From Octopus sinensis (lineage: Eukaryota), in contig NW_021832023.1 in NCBI RefSeq assembly GCF_006345805.1, forward strand, positions 1-33,889: a DNA stretch of 33,889 nt. The letters run 5' to 3'. Both the position numbers and the translations under genes were made by a program. Shown one piece after another: positions 9,976-22,074 of the stretch; positions within the stretch are counted from its first letter, which is position 1, and every line of letters starts with the position of its first letter. A model generated the notes under the pieces. It saw only the letters and a list, made by a program, of their open reading frames with translations, made no database searches and was not told the DNA's origin.

Positions 9976-10377
9976 AGGCGCAAGAGTGGCTGTGTGGTAA
10001 GTAGCTTGCTTACCAACCACATGGTTCCAGGTTTATTCCCACTGCGTGGCACCTCGGGCAAGTGTCTTCTACTATATCCTCGGGCCGACCAGAGCCTTGT
10101 AAGTGGATTTGGTAGACGGAAACTGAAAGAAGCCCGTCGTATATATGTATATATATGTGTATGTGTGTATATGTTTGTGTGTCTGTGTTTGTCCCCCCAC
10201 CATCGCTTGACAACCGATGCTGGTGTGTTCACGTCCCCGTAACTTAGCGGTTCGGCAAAAGGGACCGATAGAATAAGTACTAGGCTTACAAAGAATAATT
10301 CCTGGGGTCGATTTTCTCGACTAAATGCCGTGCTCCAGCATGGCCGCATTCAAATGACTGAAACAAGTAAAAGAGTG
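9976..10377 (+). mobile_element. Full-length tRNA-derived SINE, family A
   Basis: Head GGCGCAAGAGTGGCTGTGTGGTAAG, central (TA/TG)n and tail CTCCAGCATGGCCGC..GAAACAAGTAAAAGAG; colinear with 33229-33733. Confidence 0.9.
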
Positions 10378-10816
10378 AGTTTTCAATGTCATGTGTGTTA
10401 TACAAATGAAATCAAAGAAGGTGGAAATTTTTGATATAGCGTTGACGTTGGCTTGTAAAAACTAGGCGCATATCATGCTTATAAGTAATTCAACGTAACA
10501 GCGTTTTCGCAGTTGTTCGACCTGCTTGAAATAGTCACGAAATATTCCCTCATCACTAACTATATTTACAGAAGGACTTATTGGATTATTGTAGTCCTAG
10601 ATATTGGGCTTCTGATAAAGGTGGAATGGACATGGATGGAATGGACAATAACGATATGTTTTAAGAAAAAGAGTCAGAGGTGTACCTATGAAATCAGCGT
10701 AAAAAGGAAGATGAGATTATGTGTGACTTACATTGCCGTTGTTATTGTTGAGCTCCAGGAAAAATAGAGGATTGACAGAATCGTTAGCTCATGTCTCACA
10801 GTATTTGCTCCATTGC

Positions 10817-11117
10817 GAAGGCGCATGGCTCAGTGGTTAGAGCGTCGAGCTTACGATCGTGAGGTTGTGAGTTCGATTCCCAGACCGGGCTGCGTGTCGT
10901 GTTCTTGAGCAAGGCACTTTATTTCACGCTGCTCCAGTTAACTCAGCAGTAGAAATGAGTTGCGACATCACTGGTGCCAAGCTGTATCTGCATTTGCCTT
11001 TCTCTTGAATGACATCAGTGGTGTGGAGAGGGGAGGCTAGTATGCATGGGCGCACTTGAACCTCGGAGGGTAACTTTCTAGGTGCAATCCCATGGTCTTC
11101 TTTACCGAAGGGGGTCT
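10817..11117 (+). mobile_element. tRNA-derived SINE, family C (internal deletion relative to 18556-18890)
   Basis: A box TGGCTCAGTGG, B box GAGTTCGATTCC, and tail GGGTAACTTTCTAGGTGCAATCCCAT..ACCGAAGGGGGTC shared with 18556-18890. Confidence 0.85.
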
Positions 11118-11965
11118 AATTTACTCCATTCTTTATATTCTAAGTTCAAATCCCGCTAAGATCAACCTTGTCTTTTACCATTTTGGTGTCGGTAACATAA
11201 AGTATAAATTAAGTACTTGAGTCTAAGACTCTCCACATAATTTCTGGCATTCTGTTTATACTAGAAATATTTATTTTTAAACTTTAGGCCAGTTCTGATC
11301 ACACAGATCTATGATTATAACAATTCCGACCACAACCACCTACTCTTTGATCAACAGTGTACCAGTTATGATCTTTCCCTCTTTTCCTAATTCACTGATA
11401 TTCTAGGATCATTATTATCTAGTGTACACTTTCCTTTTTCAAACAAGTCTAATATAAAGGACAAATGACTTCTATTTCTAGCAGGACGAACGACCGCGTA
11501 GAAGGTCCATTAAACAACCACAACCGGAATGGTTAGAAGAGGAGGAGGAGGAGAAAACAAAAACAGGAATAGATGATGGAAAATGGTAGTAAAGGTGTTA
11601 GTTTTGCACGCACATGACACATACGTCTCGACGACCATTTAATAACAATGTTGGGAGCATCCAGTGCACTATGAAGTATAACAACGTACGACTGTTGTTG
11701 TTTTGTTCTTTTTCTTCTTTATTGCTTTTAGTCATTGTTTATATTTGTTTTCCTTTTGTTTTTTTTTTTGTTTTGTGTTTTGTGCGTGTGTCTTTCTGAA
11801 GGAGCTAACTTGAAGGATTGAATAAGCCATTATGTTTAATGCTAACCAGGTGAATGAACATTGCAGTACTATACACCGCCCTTCTCAAAAACAAAGAAAT
11901 AAAAAAGGTAAATAAAAAGGAAAATATAAGCAAAATACACAAAGTATACGTCCTACATTTTAAAA

Positions 11966-11982
11966 TACACACACACACACAC

Positions 11983-12044
<62 letters not shown>

Positions 12045-12098
12045 TGTGTATGTATGTAAATATATATATATACATATATATATATGTATGTATATATG

Positions 12099-12186
<88 letters not shown>

Positions 12187-12357
12187 CTATGTGTGTGTAT
12201 CGATATATATAAGTACATATATATATATATAAGTATATATATATATGTTCTTATATATATATAAATATACGCAAACATGCATGCACATACACACACATAC
12301 ATACATACATACATGCATACATACATACATACATACATACATACATACATACATACA

Positions 12358-12386
<29 letters not shown>
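11966..12386. repeat. Compound (CA)n/(TA)n/(GT)n/(CATA)n microsatellite
   Basis: Directly visible. Confidence 0.95.
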
Positions 12387-12388
<2 letters not shown>

Positions 12389-13499
12389 GAAGTAGCCTTC
12401 CAGTCCTTTGGCATGTGTGATTCTTCATTCTAAATCAACGCTTTCGGATATGTCTACCGCGTGTAGCCAGCTTCTGTCTGTCGTTAGCCGTGGGAAAGGT
12501 GGGGTGTGGGGCGCAATGGTGGTGAAACACTGACCGAATGAATAAAGACAATGTTTTCGAAAAAAGCTTTTTTCAGTTTGTCCCGTATCATTTTGCAGAT
12601 GTTTCCATGACAGACTCCAAGAATAGCTTTTCGCCGTTGTCTTTTGATGTCTTCGAGGTATTATAGAAAAAGCAATAACAAAAAGTTTCTTTTAAAGCAG
12701 CTCCTTTCCGAATAGAAATTCTTCAGGATTTTGGTAAAATTTGAGCGTATGTCTGCATGTGTTTTTTGTATGTACGTGTATGAATATGTGGAAGGGCTTG
12801 TTCGGAAGCCAGTAAAATAATATAAAGAAAATTATGTCTGTCGTGTGTGTGTGTCTGTGTGTGTATGCATGTGTCAGTGCTTAAATATGTACTAATGCAT
12901 ACGCACTCGCACACATACACACATCATCATCTCTCAAATACAACCAACATAAACACATGTATGTATATATATGAGTGAGTATGTTTGAGTGTGTGTATGT
13001 TTGTGGACACAGAGAGACGGAACGATACATACTTGTGTAAATGTTTGCATAAAAACTAAATACTACTTTGTGTATGTGTGCATGAGCCTGCTTAAATGTG
13101 CTTGTTTGGGCATAGAGTTGCTTCGTTCTCTTTTTTGTTTTTTTTTGTTTTTGTCTCTGTACGCATATATCTATGTCAATATATCAAGCTAAAAAATATG
13201 CGTCCGTGTCTGTATGGTTGTATGTGTGAGTATATATATATGAGTATTTCTAAATGATGCAAATAAAACTTGTAAAAAAGGGAAACATTGCGGTTCCGGA
13301 ATATTGCTGTTGGTATTTTCCCAATTACTCGTATTTATTTATGTGTATATGAGTATGTTTGTGCTTGCAAGAAACCTACGTTGATAGACATAAAAACATA
13401 GATTTACAGCATAGTAGAACTATAGATATGGTAATAGATATATAAGAAGGCACATGAGCACTCAACCTGAATATTTCATTATTATACCACAATAATGTA

Positions 13500-14283
13500 T
13501 AATCATTGCCTCCGAAGACTGTCCTTCATTGGTGCGATCAGGTAGAAATCGATGGATGGAGGACGATAGAAGCACCACTGGCTTGCCTGATTTGTCAATT
13601 GCCATATAAAAAAAGGGCTGGTTGCATTTTATCCTGGTGAAAGCGAATCGCTTTGAGATGCTTGTTCGATTTCTTTTCTCTTAATGCTTGTTAAAATCTT
13701 TTTTAGTGTCTCATTGTCCCCCTCCATTGTTCACGACAAAGCCAGATTCCAGAATATCAAGAATAGCATTCTTTATCTTCCTTAAAAATTGCTAGCATGA
13801 CTTTCTGTGCCGATCGCTGGGTCTTGAACTTCAGCCTTCGTTTGCTGTACCAGATCAGAAAATAAAAGTGCCTTCAATGGCTTCAAATACTTTCAGTAGA
13901 TCAGAGCAGCCTTCCACTTTTTTCTCCTTCATATTCGTTGTCAACTGCCGAGGCACCCACTTTCTCAAACTTAAAGTTTTCCTCTGTCTACTGTTATTCA
14001 TTGCACCTTAACTCCAGTTGTTCATCAAGGTCCCTCATGTGCCCGCGCAAATCAGTTCTCCAACTCACTGGTGATCCGTGTTACTGCAGACTGTTGATGG
14101 TCTATCACTGCGTGGTTTGTCTCCAGTGTCAGTTTCGCCTTCTTTAAACTTCTTCATTCATTTGTGCGCATTGCACTCGTCAATATTTGTCAATTTCTGT
14201 AAGCAGCCTGTAGTTTTATATAGATGTCGGACAACTTGCACCCGTTCTTCGTTAAGAACTCAATGACGGCTCGTTGACTCTGC
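13500..14283 (-). pseudogene. Degenerate mariner (Tc1/mariner) transposase
   Basis: Minus-strand motifs in the expected order: QRAVIEFL, KFKEGETDTGDKPRSDRP, KWVPRQLT, KFKTQRSAQKVMLAIF, FHQD, DFYLIAPMKDSLR. Many stops and frameshifts. Confidence 0.85.
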
Positions 14284-15315
14284 TTTAAAACCATTATATG
14301 ACTGTAATGAAGAAGAATAGGAAGAATAATTACTGTAGCGAAAGAAGTACTCTATCAACGGGCAATTTAAACGATATTATCAAAGTGCAATTTAAACGAT
14401 ATATGTCAGTTAATAAAGAAATTATACTCACTTTTGCGTTAATTTTGGTACAAATCTCGTATGAAGTCAACGAATTGACAAATCATTAGATAGTCGAATA
14501 AACTGACTTGCAGCTTATATGCTGACTTTCTGCACTTTGAATTAAAATTTTGGCGTGGCCAACTTTGCTTTTCATTCCTTCAGAGTCAATAAATAATGTA
14601 CCGGTCAGAGTAGTGAAATATCTGTATTGTAACAGCGTCAGACGATATGTCTCGCCATGAGTTCAAACTAATTTGAGACCCAGCGAATGATGATTGGTCT
14701 TCGATGTCACATAGATGGACACGTCGATTGGAGCAACATCTTGGTTACATCAACGAAGTACGCAGATACAACTCAAAATTTGGTAAATGCTAGGGCAGGA
14801 AAAATGTAATCCAAAAAGCATATTGAGTACTCTTTCATTCGTTTATGAAACAACCCCCACCAGGCATATGTTTACATAGACATATATATGAAAATACATA
14901 AGGCTCTATTTATATATATATCATTTTTGTATTTGGTCTGCAAGATTCTTTATATGAATTCGTGTGTTGAAGCAAATTTTATTGTGTCTGGGGAGAGTCA
15001 TTCTCTTTTAGTACGTTATTAATTTAATACACTCACCAGTCAGATTTCAACTCATTAACTTATTTATTTTTACTGAAATTTTTATTGCGTCTTGCAACCT
15101 TTCCAATAGTCGTTGACTCTGTTATCGGAACTGCATTCTGTTTTTTGTGTGCATGCGCGTGCGTCAGTGTGCGTGCGCATACACATATGTATGTATGTGC
15201 ATGTATGTGTGTGTATGCATATATACATGCATGCATGTGTGCACGTTTGTATGTAGTTATGTATCCTGCATGTATGTTTGTATGCATGTATGTATTCAGA
15301 TATATATATATAATA

Positions 15316-15358
<43 letters not shown>

Positions 15359-15424
15359 CATGTTTGTATGTATGTATTCTACATATCCTTGTGCTTGTGT
15401 GTTGTTCATGTTTGCGTGTTTGAG

Positions 15425-16240
15425 GCACCCTAACAATAGACTCCCTGTCCTTGGTACTAAACTTTGGTTAGAGACTGTGAACAACAGGGTGCAACTTCTT
15501 CACTCCTTTTATATGAAACCTATAGCTTCTAAATATGTTGTTCACATGAACTAAGCTTTGTCATACAACATGAAAATCAACATACTGATAGCAGACCTAG
15601 TTAGGATAATGAACAACGTGATACCACTATGCGAACCCTATGAAACAAAGAAACATGTACAGAACGTCATGCACCGCATGCATTTCTCTGGATATGATCA
15701 TAAAGATAGGGTTCGGGTACACAGGGGTGCTAGAAAGAAGTTAGATAGCATTATAAGTAATGAAACCAGTGGTACCTGCCCTAGATATAAAAGCAAAGAC
15801 TGGAATAGGATACAAAGCGTTTGTGACAAAGCAAGCAGGGTTAACACGCGGTACAAGACTCACAAATATCAAGGAGTGATGTTTGTAGAGGCCACAGCCC
15901 ATGGAGAACTAGCGCGTAGATTTAGGAAAGCTCTGAAGGAGGCTATACACAACATTAAGATCGTTGAAAAGCCAGGGAGCTCCATCAAATCACAACTATG
16001 TAGGACGTACCTCTCTGAGAAAACCACATGCACCAATGATAACTGCATGGTATGTGAGGTTAACCCTGGCATTAACTGTAGAACTAGAAATGTAATCTAC
16101 AGATGCATAGAGGGTGCTTGTAAAACCAAGGACATAATATACATAGGTGAGACATCTAGAAGCATTGTGGAGAGACTAGATGAATATCTGAGACAATATG
16201 ACGACAAAAAAACAATCATCTATACTCTACCAACATGTCA
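15425..16240 (+). mobile_element. 5'-truncated Penelope-like retroelement ORF (RT C-terminus, linker, Cys cluster, GIY-YIG)
   Basis: One frame with a single TAA at 15552-15554: LPVLGTKLW..FYMKPIASK..SGY..VMFVEAT..IVEKPG..C..C..C..NVIY..IYIGETSRSIVERLDEY. Frameshifted and truncated after about 16210. Confidence 0.9.
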
Positions 16241-16566
16241 TATATATATATTCTTAACTATGCTCAAAATATGAGAATTGTTTTTAATTTCCAGTTTTCT
16301 CTTATTCCCTAATTTTCGACTTTCAATTCTTAAGGTTTGATAAGATGGACATTCACATCGAAGTCGGTAATATTTTATAAAATGTCACTCAATGTAACAA
16401 ATATAAAACAATCTTTAAATATACTTTCATGCTGTTTCCACCTTTATTTTTTAACTAAAACTTTTGACTTGTGTGTATTCTTAACCGTCTTCCCAACTAT
16501 TCAATTTATCTATATATATATATATAATACACACACACACACACACACACATACACACACACACAC

Positions 16567-16632
<66 letters not shown>

Positions 16633-16678
16633 CAGTCATCTAAAAGTTTTTGTTCGTCATGATGCTGACTGACATAAG

Positions 16679-16776
16679 TTCCTTGTCTTTCCTGATGAGA
16701 AGACGGCATAATGACCCTTTATTCCTTCGGAATTAAGAATATGCAGTCTTCGAAACATGTGTCGAGAATAAAGGAA
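16679..16776 (+). ncRNA. Type I hammerhead ribozyme with canonical core
   Basis: CTGATGA 16692-16698; stem II GAAGAC/GTCTTC plus GCATA/TATGC; GAAAC 16752-16756; stem III AC-ATGT-GT; GTC triplet 16761-16763; stem I TTTC/GAGA, 3x3 loop, then TTCCTT/AAGGAA. Confidence 0.8.
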
Positions 16777-16809
16777 TTTTGTTAAATCGTCGTTCGACTC
16801 CATTCTTTC

Positions 16810-16812
<3 letters not shown>

Positions 16813-16878
<66 letters not shown>

Positions 16879-16886
16879 ATCTATAT

Positions 16887-16919
<33 letters not shown>

Positions 16920-16925
16920 TATATA
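16813..16925. repeat. (CTAT)n followed by (TA)n
   Basis: Directly visible. Confidence 0.95.
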
Positions 16926-17949
16926 CACACATGCGTACGGTCATGCACACATACATAGATGCACACACTTCGGTGTACGCATCGACAGTTCAACCAATAC
17001 ATCAACTCAACCACATATTTACATACACTGGGAACCCTCTTAATACAAACGGTCTTGTCATTTGTTAGAGACCAGTTTGAGTTCTCTTAAGAAGAACGTA
17101 AATAAAATTCAACGAAAAATCATGTATATATACATACATGCACACATAAGTATATATTATTATGTACACCCGTATTATTAATTTGACCCAGCCGTTATAA
17201 TATGATGTTTCAATGATGAATTAATTATATTTTTTGAACTCATGAACACAGCCATCTATTGTTGATGAAACACTGTTATCGAGTTTTTCAGTGCCAAAGT
17301 GTATTTCTTTGATCCAAACTATGTCTGGAATACACTCCCACTTTAGTAAAATGCTGCATTTATAGGAATATTCAATTTCATGTTTTCTTAAAAGAATTGT
17401 AAATTAGACAATAAAAAACAAACAAAAAGCGGAAGAAATTGGATGATTAATGGGAAAAATGAAGAGAAGGAAAAATATATGAAAAAAATTAATTATAAAA
17501 AAATTAATGTTAAAACAAAAGCGAAGAAAAAGAAGACTAAACTGGAAAGTGAAAAGGAAGTTATAACAGAGAGAAATGATGAAAGGGCGACAAACTGTTA
17601 AGAAAAATAAAAACAATAAAAGGAAAAGAAAATTTTATAGTTTTTACTGCTTCAGTATTATTTTCAGTTATACTTACTAACATAAGTACGAAGCCTAGCT
17701 TTTATGGAGAAGGGAATATCTGTTATTTGTGAGGACATTTCCGTTGAAGATATTGTAGAAATATATTGGCTTCAAAGCAAGTATCCATTTCTCAAAATGA
17801 CAGGCAAAATACCCTTTGAAGAACGAAATTGAAATACGTTAATTCTATGCTAAAATTTAAATTTTATTCTGAATATTTATTTTAGAGAAGTGGGTTTAAC
17901 TAATGCTTGAATTGCAGATGCTGATACAGTAATGTGCCAGCTTCCAAAA

Positions 17950-18297
17950 CTCGATTCTCAGAAAGGGAAAAGTTGGTAAAAAAAACGCCATGCTGGTTAT
18001 CTTCAATTCGGTTTCTGTATTTATCGTCGCATACAATCGAAAAAATACAATCGCGAATACAAGCGACTGAAATGCGGTTCCTCTGAAGGATCTCTTGAGT
18101 AGTGGTACTCGACAGGGCGCAAAGCTCGGAGATCGAGGAGTCTTCCCAGGTCTAGTCGCTGCTTCTAAGCATTGGGAGATAACAGCTCCAGTACCACAAG
18201 ATATGTGGTTAGAATGCTGCAAGGAAAGATCGCAACACAGACTTCTCAAGCCGAATCAACCGGTGGTCGAGCTAGGGGTAGACCACGAATGAGATGA
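17950..18297 (+). mobile_element. Degenerate RTE-type LINE, RT C-terminal fragment
   Basis: Translation across disruptions: ATEMRFL*RI ... YVVRMLQGKIATQTSQAESTGGRARGRPRMR*, matching the EMxFLRRI and GxRxRGRPxxRW motifs. Confidence 0.75.
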
Positions 18298-18555
18298 TCT
18301 ACCCCTAGCTCTTCTGCTTGGTGACACTTAGGAATCCAACAGAAACGTTTAATGATACCTTTTTCTGACAACAGGAAAGTTTAATAATGCTTGGGAGAAA
18401 AAGCCTCAGGAATCTACCCCACGATCCCCCCAGAAATAGTGGATGGTGAAAATGGATGAATCCAGAGAAAATTGTAATTAACTTCTATTTTTTATGACAA
18501 TTTTCATTAAAGATAATGTTTCTGTGAATTAATACAAAATTATATTATTCACTGT

Positions 18556-18890
18556 GAAGGCGCATGGCTCAGTGGTTAGAGCGTCGAGCATACGATCGTG
18601 AGGTTGTGAGCTCGAATCCCGGACCGGGCTGCGTGTTGTGTTCTTGAGCAAGACACTTTATTTCACGTTGCTCCTGTTCACTCAGCTGTAGAAATGAGTT
18701 TCGACGTCATAGGTGCCAAGCTGTATCGGCCTTTGCCTTTCCCTTGGATGACACTGGTGGCGTGGAGAGGGGAGACCGGTATGCATGGACGACTGCTGGT
18801 CTTCCATAAACCACCTTGCCCAGACTTGTGACTAGGAGGGTAACTTTCTAGGTGCAATCCCATTGTCAGTGTCGTGACCGAAGGGGGTCC
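18556..18890 (+). mobile_element. tRNA-derived SINE, family C
   Basis: GAAGGCGCATGGCTCAGTGGTTAGAGCGTCGAG..TTCTTGAGCAAGACACTTTATTTCACG..; homologous to 10817-11117. Confidence 0.9.
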
Positions 18891-19461
18891 CGACGTCCCG
18901 ACGACTGATAAAAAGTAAAATTCCTATGAATCATTGGTTAAAATGCTTTCTTTATCTCCAGGCCAGCCTTAAACTAGAAGACCTATATTATGACCAGATT
19001 TTCTTTTTCTAGACTATACTATTTAATGTGTTCTTCCATTTTAAAGATTGCATGTTGCAATCTGAGAGGAATTGGTTGGTATTTTAGCAGTTTGAACGAC
19101 TTTTTAAACGTCTCTTCCTAAATTCATTGGTTAAAAAGTTTTTTTAAAAAATGCTAAAATTGAGCAATTCTGTCAGTGTGTACTTCTAAAGCAGATCCTC
19201 TCCAAAAGAGCAGGAACTGAAACCATATTGTAATTTGTTCGTCAGTTTCTTACTGCTAAACAATGTCGTTATCTTGTCATTCATGTATAACCAAAAATGT
19301 TAGATTTCACCGAAAGCAAATTCTTGTGTGTCGTTTATGTCAAAAACTAAATAAAAAGTGAAGAAACGGGAATCGATACCTTATCACACCATCCTGTTGA
19401 AGGGTTCACCAAAGTACTTGCTTTTTCTGAAAATAATTTTCTTTATAACAGGGAATTATTG

Positions 19462-19666
19462 TAATAGTAGTAGTAGTGGTAGTAATGGTGGTGGTGGTGG
19501 TGGTAGTGGTGGTGGCGGCGGCGGCGGTGAGGGTAGTAGTAGTAGTGGTGGTGGTGGTAGTGGCGGTGGTGGTAGTAGTAGTAGTAGTAATAGTAGCAGT
19601 GGTGGTGGTGGTGGTAGTAATATTAGTATTAGTGGTAGTAGCAACAGCAACAGCAGCAGCAGCAGC
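19462..19666. repeat. Compound trinucleotide repeat (AGT/GGT/GGC/GCA)n
   Basis: Directly visible; source of the poly-G/S, poly-T and poly-P ORFs. Confidence 0.9.
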
Positions 19667-19681
19667 ATTAGTTGTTTTATA

Positions 19682-20464
19682 TATTTCTTTACTACCCACA
19701 AGAGGCTAAACATAGAGGGGACAAACAAGGACTGACAAATGGATTAAGTCTATTACATCGACCCCAGTGCGTAACTGGTACTTAATTTATCGACCCCGAA
19801 AGGATGAAAGGCAAAGTCGACCTCGGCGGAATTTGAACTCAGAAAGTAGCGGCAGACGAAATACCTATTTCTTTATTACCCACAAGGGGCTAAACATAGA
19901 GGGGACAAACAAGGACTGACAAATGGATTACGTCTATTACATCGACCCCAGTGCGTAACTGGTACTTAATTTATCGACCCCGAAAGGATGAACGGCAAAG
20001 TCGACCTCGGCGGAATTTGAACTCAGAAAGTAGCGGCAGACGAAATACCTATTTCTTTATTACCCACAAGGGGCTAAACATAGAGGGGACAAACAAGGAC
20101 TGACAAATGGATTAAGTCTATTACATCGACCCCAGTGCGTAACTGGTACTTAATTTATCGACCCCGAAAGGATGAACGGCAAAGTCGACCTCGGCGGAAT
20201 TTGAACTCAGAAAGTAGCGGCAGACGAAATACCTATTTCTTTATTACCCACAAGGGGCTAAACATAGAGGGGACAAACAAGGACTGACAAATGGATTACG
20301 TCTATTACATCGACCCCAGTGCGTAACTGGTACTTAATTTATCGACCCCGAAAGGATGAAAGGCAAAGTCGACCTCAGCGGAATTTGAACTCAGAAAGTA
20401 GCGGCAGACGAAATACCGCTAAGCAGTTCGCCCGGCGCGCTAACGTTTCTGCCAGCTCGCCGCC
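19682..20464 (-). mobile_element. SINE family B with one head and four tandem 184-bp body units, flanked by a 15-bp TSD
   Basis: Units start at 19682, 19866, 20050 and 20234; head at 20418-20464. ATTAGTTGTTTTATA occurs at 19667-19681 and 20470-20484. Confidence 0.95.
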
Positions 20465-20497
20465 TTTGGATTAGTTGTTTTATAGCTTCAGGTCAGC

Positions 20498-20838
20498 TTT
20501 AGAGAGTTATAGCAAAAAAATAGCAAAAAATGCATTAAAAATGGAAAAAAAAATGATGGTAATTTTTTTTTAAATCGTTGACTCATCGTAGACATTTTTA
20601 GAGAGTTACTTCCCTTATATAATAGCGAAAAAATGCAATTAAAATGGAAAAAAATGATGGTAATTTTTTTTTTTAATCGTAGACTCATCGTAGACGCGCG
20701 CTAATACCCAGAAGGGCTCGATATGAATCACGACTATAAGATACCCGGTTTTGGTTAAACTGCACCGCAAAATGTGGGAGTAGTTAGGAATCTAAATCGT
20801 AGGAGACAGACACACAACCTCTCTTTTATATATAAAGA
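20498..20838 (-). mobile_element. Helitron-like non-autonomous fragment with an internal ~100-bp duplication
   Basis: The minus strand begins A|TCTTTATATATAAAA, a Helitron-type 5' end. No 3' hairpin or CTRR is visible. The AAAATGGAAAAAAATGATGGTAATTTT..GACTCATCGTAGAC block occurs twice. Confidence 0.5.
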
Positions 20839-21543
20839 TTTAATTTAGCACTATGTTATTTGAACTCTGAATATTGAAACGAAACATTAAATATGGTTAC
20901 AGCTACTCCAGAATTTTTAGAAGTTGACTAGCTTAACGTCAACTGTCGTAATCCATGTTGTATGTAGAAAATATCGTTGAGACAAATGGCGCCGTTAACT
21001 CATTCCAAAAAATCCTTACCAAATAAATATATGCGAATGTTTCTTTCTTCTCAGTCTTATATGAATATGAATATTCCAGGAATTAATTAATTAATTAATT
21101 GCCTACATTAGTTATTCTTAATTATCAACCATTCGTAATACGAATTTTTTTTTGTCACGAATGATAATTACGCAAATGTAATTATTTCTATGATTAACTA
21201 AGTAATCAATTATTCCTATAATAAAAAATTCCGTTGGTTCTATACTTAACTAATTAGTTATTTATGATTTGTAGAGATTATATTGAATAAACTTTTCAAT
21301 TATTCTAAATTATCAATCAATCGTAATATAAATTTAATTATTTCTCAGTAGTGAAAGATTATTGAGTGAATCTAATTATTTCTGTAATGAATTAATTCAG
21401 TTATAAACTAAATCATTATTTTATAATCTATTAATCAATTATCCACAATTTATATAAATTATATTCAATGACTTTCATAATTTATTTACAATATATTGAA
21501 TGAATTTATACTTACTTATTTCTTGGTCATGTAAAAAAAAAAA

Positions 21544-22074
21544 AGCCGAGTGTCTGTGTAGTAAGTAGCTTGCTAACCAACCACATGGTTCCGGGTTCAG
21601 TCCCACTGCGTGGCATCTTGGGCAAGTGTCTTCTGCTATAGCCCCGGGCCGACCAATGCCTTGTGAGTGGATTTGGTAGACGGAAACTGAAAGAAGCCTG
21701 TCGTATATATGTATATATATATATGTATGTATGTGTTTGTGTGTCAGTCCCTCACACAGGTGTCTTCTGCTATAGCCTCGGGCTGACCGAAAGCCTTGTG
21801 CGTAGATTTGGTAGACGGAAACTGAAAGAAGCCCGTCGTATATATGTATATGTATGTGTGTGTGTGTGTGGTTGTACCCCTAGCATTGCTTGACAACCGA
21901 TGCTGGTGTGTTTACGTCCCCGTCACTTAGCGGTTCGGCAAAAGAGACCGATAGAATAAGTACTGGGCTTACAAAGAATAAGTCCCGGGGTCGATTTGCT
22001 CGACTAAAGGCGGTGTTCCAGCATGGCCACAGTCAAAATGACTGAAACAAGTAAAAGAGTAAAGAGTAAGAGTA
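21544..22074 (+). mobile_element. SINE family A with internal duplication of its middle segment
   Basis: GTGTCTTCTGCTATAGCC..GGTAGACGGAAACTGAAAGAAGCC occurs twice (about 21625-21700 and 21760-21840), each followed by a microsatellite. Confidence 0.9.

Noticed and set aside
12599-12657. Plus-strand exon-like segment (ttttgcag|...GAG|gtatta; DVSMTDSKNSFSPLSFDVFE)
   Set aside because: There is no recognisable homology or phase-compatible partner exon. The opposite strand reads ILGVCHGNICKMIRDKLK, resembling a mariner HTH remnant, so the origin is ambiguous.
17668-17832. Open frame after an acceptor-like site (ILTNISTKPSFMEKGISVICEDISVEDIVEIYWLQSK...)
   Set aside because: Only a weak donor, no recognisable domain and no linked exons.
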